Below, one piece after another: positions 25,703 to 38,570 of a stretch of 64,000 bases of DNA. The stretch's first letter is position 1. Each line of letters opens with the position of its first letter. Origin of the DNA: Octopus vulgaris (taxonomy: Eukaryota); NCBI GenBank assembly GCA_951406725.2, contig OX597830.1, positions 2,976,001-3,040,000 on the forward strand, in the 5' to 3' direction. A model generated the notes under the pieces. That model had not been told where the DNA came from and did not search any database. It worked only from the letters and a program-made list of their open reading frames with translations. The translations under genes and the position numbers were made by a program.

Positions 25703-26131
25703 GAGGGGATAGCTACTTTTGAGAAATCTCGAGTTGCGCATGAGAAAGTAAGGAGGGATGTCAGGAAGAGCATCGCTGTAACGCTTCCAGATGGGAAGGG
25801 TCTTCCTATGATGCTGACATGCAATGTCTGTGCAAGACCCTGCCTCAGTAAAGCTGGACTCATGAGTCATCTTGGTAGTCATAAAGCGAGACAGATGCGT
25901 GACAACCTGGCCACTGGTGGTGGTGTTACACGCCATACTAGTAATATATGTCAGGCATGTGGAAGAGAGTGTAATTCGGCAGGAGGACTTAAACAACATG
26001 CAAAGGTACATGAAACCCGGTTACAACTACAGCCGGTTATTACCAGTAAAGGTTTTAGCTACCAATTCTGTACAAGACATTGTAGATCTTTAGCTGGGCT
26101 AAAAAGTCACATTCGATTACAGCACCAATAA
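25688..26131 (+). CDS. RTE-LINE C-terminal remnant ORF with three C2H2-type zinc fingers (third degenerate)
   Basis: EGIATFEKSR then CNVC..CLSKAGLMSH...H, CQAC..CNSAGGLKQH...H, YQFC..CRSLAGLKSH....H; RTE-like 3' end ggccatactcgataacgaggggcagccat at ~26151-26180. Expression unknown. Confidence 0.6.
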   Translation: MTLLNEGIATFEKSRVAHEKVRRDVRKSIAVTLPDGKGLPMMLTCNVCARPCLSKAGLMSHLGSHKARQMRDNLATGGGVTRHTSNICQACGRECNSAGGLKQHAKVHETRLQLQPVITSKGFSYQFCTRHCRSLAGLKSHIRLQHQ

Positions 26132-26248
26132 CAGTTAAGCTTCGTGCAATGGCCATACTCGATAACGAGGGGCAGCCATCATATAAGTTGTATATTCTAT
26201 TGTAAATTGAACGTTTATGTCAAGTCCATTTAGAGGTGCTTGTATACA

Positions 26249-26284
<36 letters not shown>

Positions 26285-27637
26285 TGTATGTATGTATGTA
26301 TATATATACATATACATACACACACGCAGGCATATATGTATGTATCCCGTCAACATCATAATCCCCATCTTTTAACATGCTTATTCCATGCTGACATTTG
26401 GGCCCAAATGTGTTGCATGGTTTGACACAACCTGACTAACCAGAGAAGTGCACCAAGTCTCAGCATCTGCCTTGGAAAAGTGTCTATACTTTGGTGCCAT
26501 TGCTAAAGACAGCCACTTCCTAGAATGTACTGGATGCCTTTTTTACGTGACACTGGCATCAGTGAGGTCACTCGGTAGCTTTGCAAGACAAAACCCCCAC
26601 CAGCTGAACGGAGCATAGTATTGAGAAGGGTGACTTTCCATCGCGGGACGAGGGGTTAGAGATATGATGGAAAATGAGAAAGAAGTATCTTGTTGTAGAG
26701 GAGATACACGGCTACTTCAGTCGAAAAAGAAGAGACTGTCGAAGAGGTGTTAGGGCATAAACACAAGTTACAGGGAGGTGGACATAAGGAAGTGATCTGG
26801 GTGAATGGATTGAATGTAGAACCACAAAATGTGAGGCTTGATTAAAAGAAAATATCGATATATATCCGAGGTAGATAAACATAAAGTAACCTGCGTCAAT
26901 GAGAAGATAAACAAAATTTATTTATATTTATTTCTAGGTTTCTAGATTTATCGCCACCAAATCTGTAACTTGCCTTTTGTTCACAGAGAAATCCGTCATT
27001 AACATAAATATAAAAAAGAAGTTCGACTGCTTGAAATTTTGCCATAAAATCTGAATATTTATATCAATAACACACAGGACATTGACTCTGTAGTCTTATA
27101 AAACGACACTGTTTTAATATTTATGAAAGCAACGCAAACGTAAAATGTAACATCAAAAATTTGAGGAAATTTTTCTCAATTTTTCAATTATGAGTGAACT
27201 GTATCACTTTAAAATGGATAAATTTTGATAGTAGTTTGTTGTTAAAGGATATTTTGTAGGCATTGTTGATATTTCAGTGAAATTTTAATCGTCATTACGT
27301 GTGTGTCGTTTCTCAACTTTTGTAATGGCAGTGTAAATGTCTTACATAATAGAACAAGATAAAGTGACATTAAACTATAGATTATAGCTTATAGTGGTTT
27401 TCTACAACTACTTGTAGTGTGTGTGTGAATGTCATTCGTATATGTCGGTGTCTTTATCTGGCATTATGCTGATACGGTATTTAGAAGAAACAGACGATAA
27501 TGATATATCAACATCGATATTACCATGGAAGATTATGTGTGATACGATTTTTGGGATTACGGCTATACTATTAAAATTATATGTATGCATATACAATGAA
27601 TGATTATATGAGTGTGTGTAATATACAAATATTAGAT

Positions 27638-28212
<575 letters not shown>

Positions 28213-29743
28213 ACAAGTCCCACTGAAGGCTAGAATATTTATCTACTTGGTTTAAGTATTTTCTTCTTTTTAATTTCCTCAAAGAGTTGAAAAATTTACA
28301 ACTTCTGATCTCTGACAATAACCTGGTACACTATTCTTCCAAGTATGACTGAAATAGTTGTATTTTAATCATAATTAATGGTTTAAAGATTTTCTTATTA
28401 TTTGATAAAACTCAGGATCTAGTTGTTCCTAAGTATATCTTTACACAAACACATACTATCAGTCACATAGCTAATAGGGAGCAAGGGGTACGACCATTCC
28501 CACCGAGCACATTTTTCAAACTTGGCACCTTTTCAACAATTTGTTTTTTAACTTGGTATTTTACTTGTTCAATAAAAGTCAAATCTCTTCATTTTTTCAT
28601 TAATCAAATGGCCTTAGAAGAACTTTCTGGAGTCATCACTTTATTTGATCAACCTCCCGTGTTTTTTGTTTTTTTTAACTGTGAACTCAATCTCCTGTAA
28701 AATGTTGGTGGCTGCTGACATCTGAAGAACAAACCGTGACGTCATAACCTTTTGACATGGGATGATCCTGTGGAGTTTCATCTTTTTCATGTCACAACTA
28801 AATCAGTTGTTGTAGGTTTTGAACATTATGACATAGTTATTGAAACAAGAAATTAATGAGTGTAGAATACAATTACATATATTAGAACTAATGAAATATT
28901 TCATGTAATATAAGTGAAATGAGTTTAAAATTGTTTGGTGTGTGTCACAGTGCCTTTTTTCATGTTCCTGCTTCCATTAACTTTCGAACCTGGCTGTGCC
29001 TTTGAATTGGTATGTCTGCAAGCATTACAATGAATAAAATTCTATATTCGAAGGGATTTCAGTAAAACTTTTGTATTGACTTAAAATATTTATAACCCAA
29101 ATTGTTACTTTCTTCTGTTGTGCATTTAATAACGTTAGGCTTTTCAATAAATGAGAAGTTTGAAGGGTTTGAAAGCAACTCCCTTTCTTTGCCGCACCCT
29201 GGGATCTTATGTTGTAGCTGTTCACTTTGTTAGGGTCAACCTCCTTGTGTCCCTAATGTTATCATTCCAACTTTCTCCTTGTTGTCCACAAGCCTGTTTT
29301 GTCCCCATCCAGCTCTTAAAAATTTGAGTTCAGTACTTCTGGATCCTAACGACAAGGCAAAAATATTGCCATTTCCCTCCTCACTTGGGATGTGACAATA
29401 AGGAACAGGAACAGACAATAAGTAACAGATGTGTTCTGAGACACACCTGTCTTTTATTTTTTATTTTCTTTCTTACAGATGTGTATCTTGCTTTATTTAG
29501 GACAGTAGAGTGTGAGATTTGAGGCAGATTCAGCTGCTATTCCTAGAAAAATAAAGGACCTCAGTTAATCTTCTTTGCCCCATCTTGTATTTTTTATATA
29601 GTGTTTTATTTTATTATTATTATAATTTTTTTTCATTTCCTTCCTCGGCAAAAATTATTGTTGTTCATTGGTTTTAATTGATATTCAATTTTCTAAGAGA
29701 AAATTAGCATATTTAATATATTTAATGAAATGCCTTTCCAAAC

Positions 29744-29988
29744 CAGTGGAAGTTCTCAATTGGGGTCTACATGACCCTTGGGGGTGCACATGAGGTTTTG
29801 TTGCTAAACTTAATGTGCAATAAATTGGTTATATTTGTACAATACACAAAATGTTTTAACAATGTTTAAAAAAATACAATCTGTCATTATATTTAATTAT
29901 AAAATAATAAAAGGTTTGTTTTAAACATATGAGAATCCAGCAGGATTCAAAAGGCATCTGTAGGCAAAAAATGGTTGAGAATCCACTG
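29744..29988. mobile_element. Old hAT-like MITE
   Basis: Ends cagtggaagttctcaa / ttgagaatccactg; degenerate 8-bp flanks ttccaaac/ttttaaag. Confidence 0.55.
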
Positions 29989-32900
29989 TTTTAAAGACTA
30001 TAAATATTTAATGATAAATCTTCAGTCCAGAGTTACAAATTTCTTTTCTTTTTCTATTTCCACAGCCACAATATTGCCTTAGTTTCATGTGATAAAAATA
30101 TAAATCCTAAGAGAATCTTTTATGCCTTTTTATATTTCATAACAAACATTTCCAATAAACAATTGGATTTGTGAATATTTTTTCCACACAGAATCAGAAT
30201 CATCAGAAACTTCTACGTTTAAAACATATAATTTTATTTTAAATATTTGGGAAAAATATTAACATGTATTTTGGAAAAGTCCAAAAAAGGAAAGGTTATA
30301 TACTCTAAAATTTACTGAATTATTATCTCTGACTTCATCATTTAACGTGTTTTCCAGGCTGGCATGAGTTGGATACAAGAATTGGTAAACATTGCCTGTA
30401 GACAATAAAATCGAATCATTGTTTATTTTGCTTGATCAACAACCAGAAAGTAGCTACAAGGAAATATCCACTCCTTGTATTGTTTCTGTATTTCCCAAGC
30501 AGGTGTATATGTATGTGGTATCTCTTGTTTTTGGATGTAGATTATTTCCCAATCTGTATGTTTTCTACAACTTTGGAGTCAATGCTGCTGCTGCTGCTAT
30601 GAATGAGTTCCAGCTAAGCAACTAAGCATCGGATTGTTTGTTGAGTATATTGATATATAACCATTTACTGGCATTACAATGTTGAATTATTCACAATGTC
30701 TTACATCCCATTGGTCTCAAATACTGACAGTTTGTGTAAAATATATGGAGAAAGCAATAAAGGGGAAAAAACAATTCACTTATAAAATAGATTAGTGAGG
30801 ACAAGAAAGGACACTGTCAACATTGCTTCATACAATGGTTAGCATGTTTCTCTTGTGGGGCTATGTATCTTCTTGTTGTTTCCCTGGTATTGCAATAACT
30901 TTAAACCAATGTCAGACAAATGTGATTCTGTTACAGGACCACAAACACCACTGGTTTCAAAAGTAAAAGAATGAAAAATGATAATTGTTAGGAGATAATC
31001 TGAATATTTGAAAATGTTTGCTCGTTCTGCAGATAAAGTGGGAAAAAAACACATCACCTCCAAAGATACAAAGTGATACCATCTTTTGACTTTATTTATC
31101 ATCATCATCATCATCATCATTATTAATTTTTGTTTTTTTTTAATTTTTTATTTTTTTGCAATATGAGACAAACCAACCAATTCTAGAACAGATGCAATAT
31201 TGAGTGAGGCAAATACTTATTTTATTGTCTTTTTTTGCCTAAATATCTTGGAGCTCTACCAGAGTTTAAGTGGTAGGAAAGTCCATGAAATTCCAAGTAA
31301 TCCAGGGATTTTCCTCAATGAAATTTGCATGGAACAAAAAAATACCAGGGCCCATTCTCAATGTGACCACCATTCATAATTTATTCCAGTATTAGCAACT
31401 AGGAAGGCCTTCACCTAAGCACCTGAATGTTTTCTCTGCAGGGTTGATGTTGTGTGGACGCCCCCAGATGATGAAGTAGGGTAGCCCAATACGTAGATAT
31501 AGAGGGAGAAGCCTAGACATCAGGAGCACAGCAGAGTAGAGTAGTTGAGTAGTAGAGGCATCCGAACGTGCGAGATAACAGTTGATTATAGGCTATCAGG
31601 TGCAAAAGCCCCCAGTAAGGCAGAGAGAAGGGAAAACTTTCATTTTTGATTATTTCATGTTTTCGAATGACTCCAATCCAGCAAAATGGAAGCAATGTGG
31701 GCATGAGTCACATTCTTTTGATGTAGCAGTATTGAATATAAAGGGCAGCAGCTGTCATTTGGAGAGAGACTGAAACAAACCTTACTGTCATCACTTTGTA
31801 AGTGAAGTTGGGACTTATATAAATACTCATAGAATATCCTGTTCCTCTCAGATTTGCTTTTTGCCATGAATAAATCAGTTATGCATGTTGCAGTTAACAC
31901 CTGTATTTCTAAAATGGAACCAGTTGATAATGGTGGTGTCAGATTTTAATAAACGATTTGTTTCATAACCCTCGTCATTACCATTCGCTGAATCATCTGA
32001 AATATATTAGGTATATTTAGTGATATACAGTTTAACTGTATGAATTACACAAGTGAAAGCCGATAACTGTCAATGTAGTGTCTAAGGATAAAAAAAACAA
32101 AGTTTTTTTTATCCTTTAATTTATAATAAATATATTATAAATTAAAAGCTAAAAATCAATTTAAATATAGACAGTGTAAGTTGTTATTTAATCCCAAGTC
32201 AAACAGAACAGAGAGAAATTGCTGTTGAAAGTTATTCGGCAATAAAGAAATGTCTTAATAAGTTTGTTTCACAGATCCTGAATAAATACTTAAAAAGTTA
32301 TCGAGCACATCTTCCATCATTCCAACTGATTTTTTATAGACTATCTTTTACTTTTCTTCCCTTACATATTGCAACAAGTGACACAACCATGCTGTTTCGT
32401 AAGTTTCTTCTTTATTGATCTCTTCTCTTCTGAATAAAATTGCATTCCACCACAGCAAAAGAACCACCTGTTGCACCCAGCTCCAGTCTTTTTGGTCTCT
32501 CTGTGATTTAGCTGATAAACCCACTACTAAACGCTTTCTCTACAGGAATTCTCTCCCTATCAGCATTTTACTCTCAGATGTCGACAGAGATTTAAACAGA
32601 AAATTAATCACATCATATGTTACCAGTTCCAACTGGTCTGGTAACATATGATGGGATTGCCATAGTAACATATGATGAGATTTCTCTCTCTTTTTTTTTA
32701 AACATCACTAACTCCACAAGGAGCTAAATGGGTGGCTTTTACATCTAATGAGAAGTTGCCAAAACCTGCTCTAAAGAGGTTCCTGTTGTATCTCCATAGA
32801 AATATAAGTTCAAGAATGGTACAGTGTTTAAATAATTTTAATAATGTCTGCTTTAAGTCGAATTTGCTGCAATACACTTAATTAACACTAATTAATTATA

Positions 32901-35900
32901 AAGAAGGCCATAAGAAAAATGTTTACAGCATCCTTATTTGTGCTGGATAAGAAATTTAGAGAAAACAAACTTATTTGATTATTTTGCTAATACTGTTGTA
33001 TTAAATACGGGTTGAGAAAGTTTTGGTACAAAAAGTTATTCCTGTACATAAGCACCGAAATACCTTTCTAAGTTTGTTTCACTTATGTGAACTGGTGAAG
33101 AGTAAAAGAATATAGGATGCAAGGCAATAATTTGAAAGAAAGTTGAGGTACCTATAATAACATTTAATATTTTTGATAAGATGCAATATGATTTTCATGG
33201 GTACCATAGAAGAAGCAAGGCTTGAGCCTTAATTAATATAATTGTATATAATCAATGTCAATTTGATTAATGTCTTACTGAGGTCCTTGTGAAATATATT
33301 TCACTTTCGTGTATGTAATACATATGTTGATTTAGTTAGAGATAAGAAAGAAAGCAGTAAATGTAGCTCTGAATTTTATTATATTGCCAATAACAAATTT
33401 TATCATTTATACATTTTTATCAATCTAATAATCAATACTTGTTCAATCAATCTCTCCTACTTTGCAACTTATACACTGTGCTGTCTAAAATTGCAAGCAT
33501 CATAATTCAATAAAATTCAAGTATTGATGTCTACAAATTTATTTGATTTTCTCTTTGTGTATTTTATTGTTTATTTTTATATTTTAATGATTTTTGTACA
33601 TGTAAACTAATTGCAAAGCAACTTTGTTAAAGAACTCCTGCTCAGAAATGCAACTAAACTATGATTCCAGTTTCCATATCTGCACATAATTTATAAATGA
33701 TAATTTAGACATGTTTTGATATTTTATAGATAATTTCATTATTAATTTGAATAAGGTTTGTCTTGCATGTTTTAGATTAGATTCTGTTTTGGAGAGCAAA
33801 TAATGGTTTTGTCAAAGATGCTAAATCCAATCTTTCCTGTTTAATGTGTTATCGATATATCTGAGCAAATATGTGGAAATCTTTACTTTTGTTTTACATA
33901 AAGGATTTTAGCTTTTTGTTGTTTTATTTAAATTGTAATAAATAATGATTCAGTTTTGATTGAAATAAATCTGAATTTTCTTTCAGAATTTTTATTTTTG
34001 ATGTTGCAGTTTTGTAATTTTAATACAGGTTTATTAGCTTTGGATATGACCAGATGATAAGGCAGCAACGTCACTAAGTTATTATTTGGATTGTTTTAGA
34101 GAAAATATTTAAAAGAAAGATATCTATTTTAATATCAATACACGATGAGTTATGTGAGAAAATAAATCTTTTCATCTTGTCATTGATGGCAATCCATCTT
34201 TCTATATTTCATCCAATAACACTTGCCTATCTGCTGCTCACTGTCTTAACACATTTCTCATTTTCAAATCAGTTTCTAATTTAATTTGTGGAAAGAATTA
34301 GACATTTCAGAGAAGGATTGGAAATAACTATTTTGTTTCAATTTAGATTTTCCTATAAATTCAAATCCAAACACTTGTGATTACTTTCAGATTTTACTTT
34401 TTACTCCAGTGCTTCGTTTAATTTAAAACATTATATTACTTTACTACAACTAAATTGGGATGATTTTCGAAAATTGGTCAATTTACTATTTTTTTAATTT
34501 TTTGAAGAAAATATTGAGAGTAATATATTATTGTTTATATCATCTTTTTAGCTTAATATCAGTTTGCACAATCTTCTAAAACAGGGAAATCAGTTTTCTA
34601 GATAATATCCTCCTAATTCTTTGGCCAAATCCTTAAAGTCTTGTTCAATTAGTTTCAATCATATATTTTTTTTTTTGTATCATTGTTTTTGCTTTTATTC
34701 TCAACTAAAATCTTACATTTTGTTCATTTATTCTTCTTCACTACGTCTGTCAAAAGATGTTCAATAGTTTTAACTTTAAATGAATGAAAATTAAGTTAAA
34801 CCTTTTCAAAAACTCTGCATTTTATATTTCATGCTTTGTACTTATTGTTTAAATTTTTTGTAGAAGTTGATCAGAAAAAAAGGCAGACAGACTGCAAAAT
34901 GATATTTGCAGATCCTTTCTGATTGTTGTGACTGATGAGATTAAAATACAGACTGATGCCAGGCCTGAATTCTCCAAATTGTGAAACAGATGACATTGAT
35001 GTTCAACCTGAACATCTGTGAGTCAGTATCTACAAGAAAAAAAAGAAAGAAAGAAAGAAAAAGAGTTTTAGTCTAAATATTGGCACCAGAGAGAATTCTA
35101 ATAAAAGCCCTCCAGAAATAAGTAATGATATTAAACATGGTAGCATACAAGACATCTAACACAGAGGATATGCATTCCTATGTGTACTCAAATTTCTGTT
35201 TCAATATTAAAGAGTAAATCTTGTTCAAATAATTTATTTCCAAGAATCAATTCAAGAATTATAAAATCTTTTATCTCTTATTACTCACCAAACTAAATGC
35301 AAACATTTGGAGGGTTTTTTTTATCATTCATACAAACAATTTCTTGAAAATAACATTGGTTCCTATTATAATAAAAAAGATTTGTCAAGTTTTATTTTGG
35401 TTTATTTGGGTAAAGTGGACTACAACAGATCTTTTGTTCAAATTCTATACTGATGTAAATTCTGTTTAGAATCTTTTTTTTAAATTCCAGTTGTTTTTGT
35501 GAAACATTCATTGAAATTCAAAACTTAACATGAAATTAAAGTTTGAATTTTCTGAAATATTTCTTTTTATAGAAAATTGTTTTCGATTAGTAGTTGTGCA
35601 GATGAGCCATAATGAAGCAGACTTTGAACAATGGCATTTTTGCCCAAGACTCTATTGTCTCTGGTTGCAAAATATTGGATCTAGAACTAAGAACTTCCTT
35701 ATCCAATGTACTCTTTATTTTTGAAATGGTTCATTTGTAATTCAAGGGATATTTGGCTTCTATTTCTAGTAGACCAAAGGACCAGACAGACACTCCATTT
35801 GGTGTCTCTTTATGAATTCTAAGGACAGTAAAGCATATCGTCTTAAACAGAATAAGTTTTCCTTTGGAATAAGCACTGAAATTATCAGTGCATATGTTCT

Positions 35901-36257
35901 CAATATTTCAAATAAACAAATGCCTGAAATTTCGAACAGTTATTCTTTCTGAATAAAATTATTTCCAGCTGGAAAATGTACATAAACGTTTCTTTCGAGT
36001 GAAGGACATAAGATACCATTTTCTGGAAGAAGATTCTTGACAGTCTTCATCTCCAGTCTAGATAAAATCTCTATTATGTATATTAAACCCATCATAATAA
36101 TCACCGTTACATAAAGCCTAACCGTTCTTTCAATCATTGTTTTGTAGAAACAATAGAGAAAGAAAACGTCTTTGATTCCAAACACAAAGTAAAAACAAAA
36201 ACTGTTTGCAGCTGTTGCCATTTCCATTCCAGCTACTGTGGCTGCAACCATGACTAT

Positions 36258-36271
36258 CATTATTATTGTTG

Positions 36272-36368
<97 letters not shown>

Positions 36369-36432
36369 GGTGGTGGCAGCAGCGGCGGCGGTGGCGGCAG
36401 CAGCAGTGGTGGTGGTGGTGTTGTTATTATTA
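36258..36432. repeat. Compound trinucleotide microsatellite (ATT)(AGT)(GGC)(GGT)
   Basis: Directly visible. Confidence 0.95.
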
Positions 36433-37489
36433 ATAGCAATATTCAGACAGCATCAAAAGCCAAAGTAGATTTTTATATTTTTACAGTCTTATATTTATTA
36501 TTATTATTGTATGTCTTTTTATTTCTATTTATTTATTTATTTATTTTCACTCAATCAGGAAAATTATTATTTGATATTTGAATACGTAAGTTTTGAAGGT
36601 GAAACAAAAGGCAAGAATGGCTGATTTTTAGCGTTTGCATGAAAAAAGAAAAGAGAGAAAGAAAGAAAGGAAGGAAGGAAGAAGCAACTTTGATATTCAT
36701 TGATCTAATCTATGGCTGTATCAGTTCCATATGATGTAGTGCCTATCCAGAGAAGCTGGCATTAGTTGTTATTGAAACAAAAATAATTCTATTATAAAGA
36801 TTAATATATACTGAATGTTATTAAATGCCAAGACTCTGTTTTCTGAGACTCTCTCAACAGATGGTTTCAACATTTGAGCCAAAATAAACGAAGAAAGAAC
36901 CCATATGAAAAATAAGACAAAACAAAAACAGCAATAAGAGGAAATAACAAAAATAAATAAAAGGGAAATATATTGTAAAAATGTCAAATTTTGCTTCATA
37001 ATTCCAATATCTTTGGCTTCGAGAATTTTTAGTAATATTGCAATCATTTGAAATGAATCGGCTATTAAGCATAGTTGGATTACAATGAAAATAAATTCAG
37101 AAATATTGGTAAGATTTAGTTTCTGAACGAATTTATCAGTTTTGTATTGATTGCTACATTCATATATTGTAGCAATCTTATATAAAATATTAATTTAGAG
37201 TGTTAAAATAAATATTGTTAAGATTTTTCTAAAATGCATCAGCTTACAAATCGTAAAGCAGATTTTAAGATTTATATTTCAGAGGTGGGAGGTAGGGAGT
37301 ATCTAAAATTGCATTATTCATATTTGGGAATAATTAGTGCAACCAATTAATATTTAAATTAGCCAGACATTGCTACATGGTGACTGTGAATTTCAAAACA
37401 CTGAAGGATATTAATGAATTCAAACACACACACACACACACACACTACTCTTCCTGTAGAATGGAATTCAGCATACACATTCTGAGAAC

Positions 37490-38570
37490 TCTGAGAGGAG
37501 CACCAAGTTGATGGACAAAACTAGGAAAGTCATAGAAGAAATGATTAAAAGAGATTATTCCAGACATGATGCATGGGTTAATTATTTAATGAGATAACAG
37601 TGAGGTCATCTTCATAGTGAGACAACTCCAGGAGAAGTTCTTAGCTTAAAAATAAGCCTCTCCATCAAACTTGGAGATGGCCTTTGACAGAGTTCCAGGC
37701 TCTGTTGTCTGAAGGTCGTTAAGTTAATGAAGCATAGTTATTGGTCTATTAAAGCATCCGTAGAAGTGTCACCAAGAAGGTGAAAGTTAACAAAGCATTC
37801 AGCAAAGAATTTAGTAAGCTTGTTAGAATATATCAGAGCCCTGTTCTCAACTCCTTTCTGTTTTCTATAGTCCTCTGGGCCATAACAGAGGAGTTTGAGA
37901 CAGGCTGTTAGTGTGAACCATTTTATGCCGATAATCTAGTTCTCATAGCTGTATTGGTGAAAGATTTTATGAACAAATTCCTTGCTTTGAAGCAAAATCT
38001 GGAGCTCAGGAGCCTCACAGTAAACTAAGCAAACAGGTGTTTTAGTCATCAGGAAAGAAGTAACAAAGCTCTTTCCTAAGAAATTAGCTTTGCTTGATAC
38101 TTAGGAAAAACAAACAAAAATAATGAGCAGAAATTCTGTACTGAATATCTTTAAAAGGTATGAAAGCACAAGAGTTATGATGGGATCATTGGAAGGCTCT
38201 CGGTGGGGTAGCAGATGCTTTGCAGTTGGAAGGTTCCATAAAAGTACTTGATAGCTTTCATTACATAGGTGATCTAGTTAACAGTCGTTGGGGTTGGGGG
38301 TGAGTTAAAAAGCATTTGATCAAGAGTAAGAAAGAAGTAAAAACAACAAATGGTTTCTCTCTTGGAAGTGAAGAGTTGATTGTATAGTGCTTGTGTACAA
38401 TGTGTGATGCTGCAGGTTAGTGAGATGTGGAAGGACTTAAATTTAGATTTGTGAAGGTTGAAAACAAATAAAGCAAACAGGTTTTACTGCGTGTGTAATG
38501 TTAGTGTTTGTGAAATGAAGAAGTACAAATATACTGACAGAAAAATGTGCAGTGAAGGATTGCATTATGT
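37490..38570 (+). mobile_element. Heavily decayed RTE LINE reverse-transcriptase region
   Basis: IFIVRQLQEKFLA and LEMAFDRVP (~37607-37697), FYADNLVL (~37922; YADD-derived), DSFHYIGD. Confidence 0.8.

Noticed and set aside
31441-31480. Reeler-like peptide VDVVWTPPDDEVG after an acceptor-like site
   Set aside because: Too short, weak donor, and no other Reeler exons found.
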